NCBI GenBank assembly: GCA_051942245.1
Contig: JAVECL010000091.1
Location: 1 to 56,314 of the forward strand
Direction of reading: 5' to 3'
DNA length: 56,314 bases
From: Trypethelium eluteriae
Taxonomy: Eukaryota
Positions 35,916-48,847 of this stretch are shown here, piece after piece (position 1 is the stretch's first letter; each line of letters begins with the position of its first letter). Below the pieces are notes generated by a model. That model saw only the letters and a program-made list of their open reading frames with translations, was not told where the DNA came from and searched no databases. Position numbers and translations under genes: made by a program.

Positions 35916-37345
35916 GATTGTTGATGAAGATGAGGATCGTGAAAGGTCAGGTTTCAGGACTCGAGAGTCTGCCAGAGATTTTGAGTGTTGAGCGTTGGAT
36001 TGTGGGTCCGCTCGAGAAAAAGGTGCTGAAAGGGAAAATCTATGTGGGTATCAAAGGCAGGCCACGCAGGCTGATCTATCGCAGCAGGAAAATCCAGAAC
36101 AGATGCTCGCAAGCAAGCTGTAGAGAGGAGAGTATAGAAAAAAAGGAAAAAAGGGAGTTGGAGGAGGGATGGAGGGAGGCAAACAGTGGGCAAAAAAATG
36201 TTACTCGCGGCTGGTTTTGTCGGCGCTCATTGCCTCAGTCGAGCTGACCGCTCTGAACTTTTTTTTTGGGGCACGCTAAGCCTCTCTGGGTTGGCCCAGA
36301 CACTCGCGACAATGGGGATGATGCGTGAAAGTGAGAGCTGGTGCGCCAAACGCCAATCTGGCCTCGCGAACGAGCAGCGTGAAGCGGCGCTTGCTTATCA
36401 GCCCTCTCCTAGTCACCTACCTTACTTAGTACCGTCTTTCCCCCGGTATGCCGGATATGTTCGCTTTTTTGCCATTCGCTGTTTGAAACTTGGAGCGAAA
36501 CTCCATGACACCTGCACCAACCGTTTGCCACCCTGCAAGGCAAGGCAAAGACAGCACTGACTGCGCTTTCTCTCTCCTTTTACGTCCAATCCCCTGGTCC
36601 GAGACGTGCCGGCCAATTCTCCTTGTCACCAGTAGCATGGTCTGAGGTATCCTTCAGAATGTTCCACGTATGACCGCGACTTCTCTATCTCAACAAAATA
36701 CATCCCGCGCGCTGTCTGCAGCACATCGACGGCTGCGATGCGTCTGCACTGCGGAAGCCTCGCCGGCTGTGATATGCCAAGGCTTACTCATACGGAGCTG
36801 ATGGAGTAAAGGAAACTGAGGACCCATTTCCCTTTTGATTGTTCTTCCCCAGATTCTCCATAAGCGTACTCCACTGTGGGTGTGCTACACTAGCACGGCT
36901 AGCTATCCTCCGTTTCATCTAACCGGACGTAATGAGAGGTCACTTGGAAGAACAGCCTGTATGCCACAGAAGTCACAAGTCTCACCAGTAAAATAGCATA
37001 AATGCTTCGTGAGGTTCTTGGCGATCCTGGTGACTGACGATTGATATTTTTACGAGAAGATGAAAGAGAACAAGTGTCGATTGGTAAGGTGTAGTGTTTT
37101 CGGCGAGGCCCGCTTTCAACTGCAGTTCCACACATGGATTTTTTTTTCCTGCTGAATAGGCCTACTGACGTAGTTCCTACGATCATGCTACCTATGTACC
37201 TTTCATGAGATGGCTCTGTTCGCTGTTCCCCGGGATGGCTTCTTCTTAGCGTGGCGTGAGTCTTCGACACTCTTCACAAACCTTAAAAGGCAACATTCTG
37301 CTTCATACGATTCTCCTTGGTTGGATCCGCCGGCCGGATTCAGTC

Positions 37346-39104
37346 ATGTTTTTCATAAACTTCTTTCTCGTTCTCGTTCTTTTAGGTCCAACTAGTGCAG
37401 GACAGTTGCCACACAGACCAGATAATAATATTCTTGCCCCGTTATATGGCACACATAGGCATCAGGATCTGGTGCCGGATTCCTACATTGTACGCCTTAT
37501 TAAGAACTATACACTTGCGAGTCATTTCGCACGTTGTGGAGTCGATCTTTCAAGAACAAGCCATGACTTTGAGGAAATTCCTATTTTACGAAGGCAAGGA
37601 TTGGGAGTCCGATGCTCCGATACAAAGTGCTTGCTAACATCTAAGACTACAGCTATCGAGCACGGCTAGACAACTTCACAGTAAATCAACTAGTTCGGAC
37701 CGACCCTGGTGTTGAGTATGTCGAGCATGACTTCTATATCGAGCAGCCGAGTTTCGTAACGAATGATACAGTGCAAAAACCCGACACCCATCCTAGTCTT
37801 ACAACCCCAAACCACCTCAAACGATGGCGCGCGGGAAACATTGCCAACGCTGATTACGCATTGCACATGATAACAGCTGGGAGAAGACTAGATGCAGAAC
37901 TTTCTAACTACGATGTTCGAACGCTTAGGAATCCAGGTACAGGGGTGAACGCGTATGTTCTTGATACAGGTAAAAAAGTAACGCCTCAACAGCTGATCAG
38001 TTAGGGACTTACGAATGCCATAGGTGTAAGTATCACGCATAACGCTTTCGGTGTAGGTCTGCCCTTACCTTGATCCCGCGAAGAACCTCCCTACTGAGTT
38101 TAACTAGCGCCGCGCATCGAATTTTCGTGGCATGAGGACGACGCCATATTGTGCGAGTGGCGATCTAACTATGAGCGATCACATCGGTCATGGTACCAAT
38201 GTGCGTCCGTATTCTTGAAGCGAGGTTTTTAAATGCTATACTTATCATCTCCAGGTCGCTAGTCTTATCGCTGGTGGCAGTAGAGATCTTAGTATCTCTT
38301 TTGCTAATATTATCAACACTAAAATATGGTGCTCCAACCGAGCCGTGGAATCCAGAATCTCAGAAGCAATCGCGGACATTACTGCGGACCACCGAATGAA
38401 TGTTCTAGGAGCTCGAAAAAGTGGATTCAAAGGCTCGATTATTAACCTCTCTGTTGGCATCTCCGACATGGGGCGAACCTTGAGGACAGCTATCGAAGAT
38501 GCTAGCGAGTGGGGTGTTGTTATAGTCGTGGCAGCTCCAAATATGTAGGTCTTGCTTTCCTAACCTCAAAGTTTGTCGTATTGATGGCGCAGTAGGCGTG
38601 TCTCTGCGTCTATAGATCCATTATGTAGCCACCCTTCAACAATATGTGTCGCGTCCTGTACTCAAAGTTATCAATGGGTTCACGGTGGTACGTACGGGCC
38701 GGGTATTCAGATCATTGCACCAGGCCGAGATCTGCTTGTCGCAAGAAGGGATGACGATGAGACGTTGTCAATAATGTCGGGTAAGTTCAAAATATTATTC
38801 GCTACATTTCTAGCTAAGGTCTTTAGGGACTTCAATGGCGGCTCCAATCGTTGCCAGCGTACTTACGAACTTCATCGGATACGAAGGCATTATGCGTGAT
38901 TCAGAGAAAGTCCGTCGGCGGATGTTTGACAATAGCCTTCCCAATATAATTACGGATGTGCCGGAGAACACATCCAATCTATTCATTAACATTCCGACCA
39001 ATGGCCTTCGTGCTATCCGGGGTCCTCCTTACATCGGTGCACCGCTCCAGTCTCTCAGATGTGCCCGTTGCTTTACGGGCCGGTCAAATGGGTTCGATAA
39101 ATAG
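37346..39104 (+). CDS. Secreted subtilisin-like serine protease (S8, proteinase K-like) with I9-type prodomain
   Basis: Signal peptide MFFINFFLVLVLLGPTSA; prodomain VPDSYIVRL...VEYVEHD; KR site; triad AYVLDTG, DHIGHGTNVASLIAG, SGTSMAAPIVAS. Introns 37594-37652 (GC-AG), 37970-38023, 38053-38107, 38201-38254, 38545-38595 and 38781-38826. Confidence 0.85.
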
Positions 39105-39956
39105 GCGGCTTGCTTTTGAGATCCCCCGGCAGACTGAATTTCGTATTTTATACTGTATCACGAAACGCAGAGACTGTTCCGTTAAAGTGTTCCCTTGTTC
39201 TATCACTTCAGTAAGTCCTACAGCGCAGCACAGCTATTAATTTGTTTAGGTACCAATTGGCTCGGTCTAGAGGGCCAGATTCTGAGATACCTAGCCTTAT
39301 GCAGACGCTGCGCCGCACCGAAGACTGAAGGCAAAGTGTAAGTCCTAAAAGACACGAAAGCAGACCTTTGAGTTGCTCTATCTTGGTATCCTCGAAAAAA
39401 TATCCAGATGCTCTGGACTCTTGGGGGAGCCTGACGTATGCAGGACATTGCCGCGGTGCTGAGGCTAAAAGCTTATCCACATTTACGCCTCCTATATTCA
39501 TAGACTCAAGGCCTGTTGTCATAATACATCAACTGTCTTCTGATCTCACTTCTGAAACCCCTTGCTCCAAGTGTAAGCCGGTATAATCCTTTTACCTGGT
39601 GGACGTGACATAGCAACCCTACGATGGATGGCTTTGGGGAAGGGCTAATAAAGTGAGATGCGAATGGCTACAGCAAAGCCCCTTCCGAAAACAAGGATTT
39701 GTAGCCCTATTCACGTGAATCGACCTTTTCAGAAGTCTGGGCTGGAGCTTAGCTTATGTCCTGAGATTTTGGCAACCCAGAGCGCATCAAGATCAGCCTT
39801 GTGTCACATTTTCTTCTACATTGATACGACTGGACGACATGTCAAGGCTTAACGACAACACAATTCCACCAAGAATGCATTGCCAAAAGTGAGCGTCTTC
39901 CCTCAAACTCTGTAGCCATACTCACGCCGTATGCACAACAGGGGAAAGGCGGTCTC

Positions 39957-41174
39957 CTACTGAATCAACCACTCCGAAAAGTCAAACGGCGTCTGATACT
40001 TCCCCGCCGTCTGACTCCCCACTTCCTTCACCGCATTCCACAGCGCATCGTCTCCCTGCGTCCCAATCTCATAGTCACTGCCTTCATGCGGATCCGCATT
40101 AGGTATGAACTGCCAATACCACCACGGAATGCCCGACTGGCTGATTGCATCCGCATACTGCCTGAACTTTGCGATCCGCGCGTCATCCCCCTGCGGCGAC
40201 CCGCTCGGACAGTCATTGTTCTCCCCGCTGAAGTAACACACGCCCCACTCCTCCAGAATCAGCTTCTTCCCATTCTGCTGCGCTTTGGAGACATAGGGTT
40301 GGAGTTTCGAGGTCGTGAGGTCGCCGTCGCCGTACGCGTGGATGCCGAGGACGTTGAGGTCTGGGCAGGTGAAGTAGGCGGATTCGAGGCTTACGTCGAC
40401 GTAGTTGCCGCCGCCCGTCATGACTAGTGGAGTCGGGCTACCACTGCTGCTGTTACCACTGCGTTTGTTAGGAGGGAAGCCATTAGCGGCTTCAGCAGCG
40501 CGCACTTGAATGGGGGCGAGCCCGCGTCGCGGCACGTTGCGCTTGCTGCTAGTGTTGCTGCTGTTGTGGAGGTTTGACTTGATGGCGGTGGCCATCTCGC
40601 ATTGCCAGGGGGCGTACTGAGAAAAGTCGGAGGTGCTGAGGCCAGTAAAGGCCTCATTCATAGCTTCGAAGCCGAAGATGCGGTCGCCAGAGTCCGCCCA
40701 TTTGTTGCCTGTCTTGCTGTCGACGTGGCTGAGGACGTGGGCGATGCGGTTCTTTAGCGCTTGCTTGGCGTCGCTGGTGGTATAGAAGCCAGTCTGCCCA
40801 TATTTACTGCTGTAGCAGTCGCCCCCGCGAAGGCTGTTTTGGGAATAGATGGTGATGTGGATTTTGATCTTGTACTTGAGAGCTGTCACCATGAGGTCAT
40901 CGATGTTCTCGAGGACTTTGTCATCGTATTGACCAATTTGGGATTCGAGAGGTGGAAAAGGATTGATTTTAGTTCCCTTCTGATCGCCGGTTTCGCCGTC
41001 AAGCCATACTCGAAGGACCTTTACTCCAGCGCTTTGCAGACTCTGGAAATAGGCGTCTTGTGCGGATTCTGGTAGACCATCAGCGTAATACAGATTGTTA
41101 CCAATGAAAGACTGAGCCGCCACGGCGCCTCGCATAGCAAGGGAGCTGGTAAGCGCAAACAGAAAAAATTTCAT
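39957..41174 (-). CDS. Secreted glycoside hydrolase family 5 (mannanase-like TIM barrel)
   Basis: Signal peptide MKFFLFALTSSLAMRGAVA; GVKVLRVW; acid/base AMNE; LGIHAY; nucleophile LILEEWG; WWYWQ. Confidence 0.85.
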   Translation of the reverse strand: MKFFLFALTSSLAMRGAVAAQSFIGNNLYYADGLPESAQDAYFQSLQSAGVKVLRVWLDGETGDQKGTKINPFPPLESQIGQYDDKVLENIDDLMVTALKYKIKIHITIYSQNSLRGGDCYSSKYGQTGFYTTSDAKQALKNRIAHVLSHVDSKTGNKWADSGDRIFGFEAMNEAFTGLSTSDFSQYAPWQCEMATAIKSNLHNSSNTSSKRNVPRRGLAPIQVRAAEAANGFPPNKRSGNSSSGSPTPLVMTGGGNYVDVSLESAYFTCPDLNVLGIHAYGDGDLTTSKLQPYVSKAQQNGKKLILEEWGVCYFSGENNDCPSGSPQGDDARIAKFRQYADAISQSGIPWWYWQFIPNADPHEGSDYEIGTQGDDALWNAVKEVGSQTAGKYQTPFDFSEWLIQ

Positions 41175-43429
41175 GTTAATATGCAAGAAAAAAAAAGAAA
41201 ATGCTGGACTGTGGAGTCAATGGCAGCCAATTTTACAAGGAACGGTGTGTCCATTTTCTATTCAAGTTGCGCACAAAGCCCGGATTCGAGCATGTGGCAA
41301 AATCTAACGAAACGATAGAAGTAGAACTCAGGAAAGCGCAGTTGTAGTGTCATTACCTTTACTCAACAAGGCTTTTTCAACCGAGTGTTAAGGTTGTCGT
41401 CTCTGTACGACCTTACTGACCACCCACCAATGACGAGCGAATGTAAACCATGTTTCACAGTCCAATGCTACTGCTTTAGTGATGCAAAGACGTTCGACTA
41501 AAGGCAATCTCCAACCGCGATCATGTCAATCGCGGGCTCATAGCCAAAAGCAATATAAATCGTGCACATCACCTCTGCATTGTTTCAAGCTCGCCCACGC
41601 CTCCTTATTCTGCCTCGACCTTTTCCACTTGCTTTGATCCGTCCTCGAGTTCGTATTGCATCAGTTGAACGACAGAGGGTGGAGCAATGTGCTACGGACG
41701 TTCCGACCCAGCGTATGCAAGCTGTCGTTTGATGCAGGCATGGCGGGTGGCGGGCTCCGCCTCCATGGGAAGATGTGAAAAGGTAGCTCGATGGAGCGAA
41801 TTGCCGTGCTTCAATGTCGATCGTGATACCTGAAGTTTCCGTCATGCATTCTTCTACATGGACTGAAGATCTTGAGCTCGCCTCTTTGCCACGAGGGGAG
41901 ACGTCCTTTTGCCAATTTCGACATACTTGCTTCGCTGTATGAACTCATGAACTCCGCTCCACTCCTCTCTGATCAGTAGTTGAGCAGTCAGGGAGCCAGA
42001 ATTACGTGCTCATCGAGACTCCTCTTTTACTGTGTTGGGTCGTGCGCCTTCGAAGCCAAAATGACGTCTGTGCCATTGCCACTGCCACTGTAATTTCCCC
42101 TGTCCAGCATCCACCCGGCCCCCGACTCGTGCATGATCTCTACTTCGAGTACATATGTAAGAAAAGAGACGCGCTACTTGACTCAGATCAAGACAGCGCA
42201 AGGGGGTGAACAGCAAACGGGTCCTGCCGAAATGCTTCTAGTCAACGTGTGAAACTAACTGAGTTATAAAAAGCTGCTAGAATTGGTATATGCTCCTTTA
42301 GTTGATAGAATGTTCGGCGACATCTGTTACTGAAGAACATAGTGAAATCAAGATCAAAATTCTTACACCCTTAGCTTGCGAGGTGGCTACTTGGGGAATA
42401 CTGATACTAAGGACTGGGTGTTGCCCGGCGGACGTAGTGGAGGGATCTAACGCTGAACATCCGGCTGGATTTGCTAATCATGTGAATTTCATCACCCAAA
42501 TCTGCTTCGAAGCGCTCAGGCATTGCCCTGGGCCACGCATTCGTGCGACTTGTCTACATCTCAATCTCCTTGGTCATCGCTTGATTGCGAGCGCTCGCGT
42601 CGGGATCACGCATCGGTGTGACAGCCAAAAAGCATTGCGCGCTTGTCTCACTAGAGCAACGGTACAGCTTTCCGATATTGCCTCTTTCGATTGGCTCTTA
42701 TCGCCACAAACTCACTCTACGGCAGCCAGCTTCCTGCCGGCGGACGTGACGGGAGGACCTTCTACTAGATTTCTGGGCCTATTGGGACGTCCTGGAAGAC
42801 TGCGTGCAACGTGCTTGGGGCGCAAGCTGCCAATACCTAGATAAGCACAACTCACTCGAAGGCTCCTTGCCCCAACACCGCTACTCCATTCGGCCTTTCT
42901 GAGATAGCAAATGTAACCCAAAAAGCAACCAGGGTATCTGAGGCTTGTATATTGGGTCTGATAGAGGTTGCGCCTATTTCCGCCTGAGTGTCGGCTCTGA
43001 TTCAGGACAGGAGATCGATTCACTGATCCGTACCAAAGAAGGATGACAACATAGAAGCTGCAGAACCGTGGTAGTAAGGGTGGATTGCTGTTCACAATTT
43101 CTCGACAAATACTCTCTGCAAGGATCTTTCACCACTGGGTGTGGTTGCTCAGCGTGCAGGTCCTGCACCAACACCAACAATTCACCCGATATTCTCTAAG
43201 AGCTCTCGATTGCATGATCTACAATCAGTCCTATGAGAAGCTGCAAAGATTCTAGTAGTCCACGAAAATGGCCCTGCCGCTCACTCCATTACGCATTCGT
43301 CTGTTGATAGTAAGCCGCCGCCAAAACTTTCCTAATTGATTTACCCAGTCTCTCCAAGTTCCTGGCTGGCCGGCCTGTCTTAACCTGTGCAAACAACTCC
43401 TTCCAATCTAATCTAAGAAAAACCGAAAA

Positions 43430-46400
43430 ATGCCCATCATAACATTTCCAGTGCTCGAAAATGGGGTTTGGGTCACGAAGACGGCAGACTTATCCCAGCT
43501 GTCAGACTACGATCCGAATATCAGAGACCCTGACAATTCCACCACGAGCTATCTTCCACCTACACCGGATCTTGGTTTGCTCTCAAAGACCATCATCAGA
43601 AGTCCTGTTGTGAACAATATATTGCCTGCACGGGTGCGGCACAAAAGTCTTGACGATGTTGTTTTCGTCGGCGAAGACTTTATTCAAGTTAAGCAGATAC
43701 ATTCTGGAGGTGTACTTGAGCATATCGCCACCAAGTCTGACTTTGGCTCCAAAATATGGGCATCTCGTGTCCTGGGACCGAGTTTGCAGCCCAAAGATGC
43801 TCGGAACAGGAACTGGGAGAATCAAAGCCTTAGCAGCGAGGATCTCGTATACGAAGATGCAGACTTTGACGACCCAATGGACCTTGACACGGAACAGCAA
43901 AGCTTACCGCCGCAAATTTTGGCTCTCACTTTGGAGTCACAACAGCTTTGTTTTGTCTTTGTGCGCCAAATGCCTGATGGGTCGCATGAATTTCGCCAAA
44001 TGACCATCCCCCTTCCCACTTCTTTGGATTACCTTAAAACTATAGGCAGACACCTTGCCACAGATCCCCGTTGTCGGGCCATGGCCGTTGGAGCAATAGA
44101 AGGTTCTTTCACAATATACCAAACGAGGCAAGTATGCCAACTTCAAGAAGATCCCACCAAGGATGTCCGAAATTGGTGCCCCATCCAGGCTCAACAAATT
44201 CTCAAGGTCAATGGAGTCATTCTGAATATGGATTTCCTATATCCTTCATCTACAGATGATGAACACGTCATCCTAGTACTTATCGTATCACGAAATGGCC
44301 GCTTACAAATTCTGAGCTATGCTTGGGATTTTACTGATGGTCTTGAAGAAAACCCTGAGGATACTAAAATTGAAACAATCGAAGAAGGTACGGAGCAAGC
44401 AAAACGTTCTCCATCTGTTTTCATGGACTAATTTATTTTACAAGCGCAATATCAGTCACCCTTACTCCTGATACCCATACGAAATCGACGTGACTTCTTT
44501 CTGATCTGTGAGCATGGCGCCTTCATTTATACGAATGTCCTCACCAGAGACGCCTCGATGGATTCTTTTGAAAATTTCCCACAAGCGCCCATCTACCCTG
44601 GAACATCAAAGAAAGCACCTTTGTGGACAAACTGGGCACGACCAGTGAGACGGTATCATTACTTGCCCGAGGGACAAACTGAGTTCTATCGTGGATCAGA
44701 AGAGTTGGACTTCGTATATCTACTCAGGGAAGATGGAGCTGTCACCTACCTGTTGCTAGAAGGATCTGATCGTCATGCCATCACCATCGCTAACACCGCT
44801 GACTGCAGGGGTCATTTTAACGCAGCTTTTGCTAGCCCTCCCCTAAGCTACAACGATCCAGATATCTTGATTGCTGCTGGCAGTGCAAGTGATGGATGTC
44901 TGAGAAGGGTAGGCAATTCAAGGCTTTCACTCCATAAGACTGCGCTGACCGTCATGACAGATTGGCAACTTTTACCGTCCAGTAGGTCTTCTACTCTCCA
45001 ACGGCACGTATGCGCAATCCTAGGGTCTAACGACATTTGCAGGAGGGTCAAGATGAACGTCGACTCGAGTATTTCCAAGCCTACCTACTGAGTCCAATAT
45101 GGAATTGGTCTCCAGCTACAGATATCACGAGTTCGAATACCCACAATCTACAAGGAAGCATTCCGAGATCGCATCCTGCTGTATTCGTGACAAGCGGTAG
45201 GCAACCCTACGGGATGGTTGCTGAGCTTCACTCGGGTATCGATGCTTCCCCGGTTGTTTCTATATTCGATGGCGACGTCGCGACTACGGCGATGCCAACT
45301 AACATTTGGCCGCTTCCTGATTCGACAGAACCCGTCATAGCAGAGCAAGGTACATCAGAGCACGTTACAGTAAAGCCTGATATGGCTGAGCTTGGATCAG
45401 GAGACCTTGACTCGGGTGACACTGGGCCGACATTGCCAAATGCACCTAATCAAAATTCGACACAGCCCAGTACGGTAGAGCGAGGACCTGTGATGTTGGT
45501 CTCCTACCCAACTCATAGCAGACTTTTAAGTGTCCATTTGCAGCAGTCTCAATGGAGAATCAGTGACGTAGAGTCGCCTCTGCTTGACGCACTCAGCCCG
45601 ACAATTTGGGCGGGGAGTCCCTCTGATGGCTATTTTCTTCAAGCCACTCAAGCAGAAGTCCGAATAATCGGAACACCTGGCGGCGTGTATGACCTCAACG
45701 ATGTGATCGTGCACCCATCAGGAAGTATGATACTTGCTGCATCATTCAATAGACATCTCGCAGCGCTGGTCATCATCTCTTATGATGAATATCGATACTG
45801 CATGGAAGTTTGGCTCTTCGGAAAAGAAAGCGATGGCACTCTAACATGCGAAAAAGCCGAGGATCTACTAGTGGTTCCTACGGAACCAACTTGCTTAACT
45901 ACCCACGAGATTGATGGTACCCTGCTTATTGTAGTGGCAACTACATCTGGGACTTTACTTTTGTCTACGTGGAGGGGGTCCCATGGATTTAGCAAGCTCA
46001 CGGCCTATCCCATAATCCAGCAAGAGGCAGCAAAATCACTTAGCCAAGACCTGGAAGCGAGCCTAGGCTTCAGCTCAAATTCGATAGGTTCGGTATGTGA
46101 AAGTGTTGTCGTGCTCACCACAAACGATGCCGTCTCTCGCGCCCGTACGATTCATCTTCTTTGTGGTTTACGTGACGGAAAGGTATGCTCTTCCCCCGTG
46201 CTCAAACCAGACGACCGAGACGGTCGTCCTTCAAGTAAGTAGCTCCCAAACTCGACATCTACATACCTAATTGTGATAGCAATTGGTATACGGCTTGGAC
46301 AGTGGACATGCGTCTCAATGGGAATTACAGCGGTCAAACTTCGGCTTGAGCATGAGGACTCAGCCTCATCTGCACTGGCTTACAATGAGTCAGATCTATG

Positions 46401-48427
46401 TACTGTAACCATTGATCCTGACGACTCAGGTCGGCTCCAAATCGAGAGTGTGTTGCTCAAGGATGACCTTGGAGCATATCTGCAGTCGGGTCCAATTGCA
46501 GCCTGCGCGAGTATCCCCAACAACGGATCCTCGACAAAATTGGATTTTGCTGGGGCGCTCATATGCTTCTCTGGTCATGCCTTACATATCCAGAAAATCA
46601 ATTACTCAAGTACAACAATCCCTCGACGACTTCCTCTTGAAAGCTCACCGTACCGAATGATGTTCTGCGACTGGCTCCGGCTATTTGTTATAGTAGGTAC
46701 AAAAATAACAACAAGACAAGCGCAAGGCAGCACCCCTCGAAAGCACAACGTAGAGATACGGCGCGCCACACGGGGCGTTTTGGAGTTTCTAAGACCGGAA
46801 ACGCGTCTCGTGGGACCTAGCAATAGCAATGTCAACGACAAGATTGCGACAAATGGGAGTAAATATCAGTATTGCGGGACTTTCGAGCTACTGAAGGGAG
46901 AACGCATTTTTTGTCTCACACAGTGGACCCATCAAAGAGGCGAGGGGAGCAAATATGGTCTCATTCTTGTAGGGACGGGAGCATCAGATGCCACAAGCCC
47001 TAGGGAAGGACGGCTTCTTTTCATCGAAGCAGCCCTGAACCAATCCGGGGAAGTCACTTGCAAGATCAAGAAGCAAGTCCAGCACAGCAGCCCTGTACGT
47101 GCTATTGCTGTCTTCCAGAGGAATTATTTCATCTGCGGGGTCGGAAAGTCGCTGAGGATGTACGCATACGAAGAGCAGGAAAAGAAGTATGAGTTCACTT
47201 TCTCTAAATTTAGAGTAGTACAGGGAAAAGCTGACATTGAGCAGGCTATGGAGAGCAGGTGAGACAGAATTGTCCTCACCAATCGTACACATTACCACTG
47301 AACCTCCTTTCGTCCATGTAAGCACTCTGGAGGACTCATGTTGCTCTTTACACGTAGTAATCCAGGATAATATCCCGAAATTCGCTATTATGGCCCTCGA
47401 TCACATGGCGCGGAATAGTCTGACGCACTTGCCATTGCAAATTCAGCTACCCAGATCTGTTCGAGTGCATTCTACGGCACCGTCGCAAACCGACCCGGTC
47501 CGTGTCGGGAATACTTCTCAAAATCAGACGGATAAGTTATCTTTGCTTCTTGCCAGTGACCAGGAAAACAATATCGTTGGTCTCCACCAGCGTCGGGCCA
47601 TTCGCGACCCATCCAATGACGATGCTTCCATGGATCAAGAGGAGCTAGCTCGTCCTCATTCTAATACCGCCCCTCTGCTCTTTACAGCAGGACTTTCGAG
47701 GAGCATCACACGACTTCACCAGGCGCAACACCTTCGTGCTCCATGGAAGCCGCAGTTGGCAGATTTGCCTGGTATTCTCGAGAACAACATCATCGGGTGT
47801 GCAACTGATGGCACTGTAGTAAGTCTCAGTCTGCTCTCCGAGGCCGCACTAAAACTTCTTCGCTTCGTGTACGAACTTTATGATGATTATGAAAAGGATA
47901 GAAAGGAGCAGGAAGTTGGGACTAGGTGGGATGGTAATACATTGAACGAGATGGAGCAGGCAGCAAGAAAGCAAATGAAACACACAAGAATTGATTACAT
48001 GGCTCTCGCAGTGGGATCTCAAAGAGAAGGTGACAAATACAAGCGCAATCACCATATCAATGGAGACTTCTTGACACGTATGATCGAACAAGGGAGCCGT
48101 GAGCTGCTGGTGAGGATAATTCTGGGGCAAAAGGAGGAGACTCCAGAGGAAATGAAAATGGAGGCAGACCGTATATTTGGAGACACCGAGTCCGACGACG
48201 CTGGTTCTCCGAGTCAAGCGGCGTCAGCATCTTCTTTCTCATTTCCTGATACGTCCGTGAGGACATCCAGGTTTAGCGACAGACCCGATCGGCGAATTCG
48301 GGAGCTGGTCGAGTTGGTCAGAAATTTGGCTCAAGAGGATGAAGTCAGGAATGTGCAAAGATGGGAAGGTGATCTCATTACAGTTACTTTGCGGTATCTC
48401 AAAGACATTCTGGAGCCTATCATCTGA
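43430..48427 (+). CDS. thtA: DDB1/RSE1/MMS1-family beta-propeller protein, resembling Aspergillus thermotolerance protein THTA
   Basis: GLLSKTIIRSPVVNNILPARVRHKSLDDVVFVGE, LPPQILAL, GRHLATDPRCRAMAVGA, MDFLYP, PLLLIP, NWSP, VFVTSGRQPYGMVAELHSG, HINGDFL. Introns about 44388-44444, 44909-44960, 44982-45042, 46235-46280 and 47187-47245. Family call is firm; the gene symbol is from recollection. Confidence 0.78.
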
Positions 48428-48847
48428 AGCTAGGGCTTCATACTTTCGGTTTACTCTCTATTCCGTACAACAGGAACTGGGAGCAAAGATTGAAAATTTC
48501 TCTATCTGTGTATTCACTTCTGAATTTGTAGGAATAGAGAAGCAAAGGCGTCATGCCATTTCACAGTGCAGAACGACCTGGCGATAACACGCTCGCTTCT
48601 TCTCGTTTTGCTCTTGACCCACCCATATGTAGCCCCTCACAAAGCAAGCTTGTCGTAATTATCCCTGTTTAAGAAAACAGACCTTGTACTCTATCTCGTC
48701 CTATCTAGGACAGATGGTAGCTACATATTCAACTTATCCGGTCGTCTCATTGTCTTCCCAACCTGGTACTTTCCGTTTTGGTCTTATTTCGTCTTCATTT
48801 TCTCCCATTCTCATCTCGTTCCATATCGAGTTCTTTCAACATCTTCC

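Noticed and set aside
36000..39956. Gasdermin-protease (het-Q-like) cluster around the subtilisin
   Set aside because: The protease has a signal peptide and prodomain (secreted type), and I recognise no gasdermin-like ORF beside it; ORF 39208..39522 is unassignable.
41175..43429. ORFs 41585..41845, 42302..42844 and 42712..43095 in the GH5-thtA intergenic region
   Set aside because: No recognisable domains, codon bias or consistent splice model; treated as non-coding.
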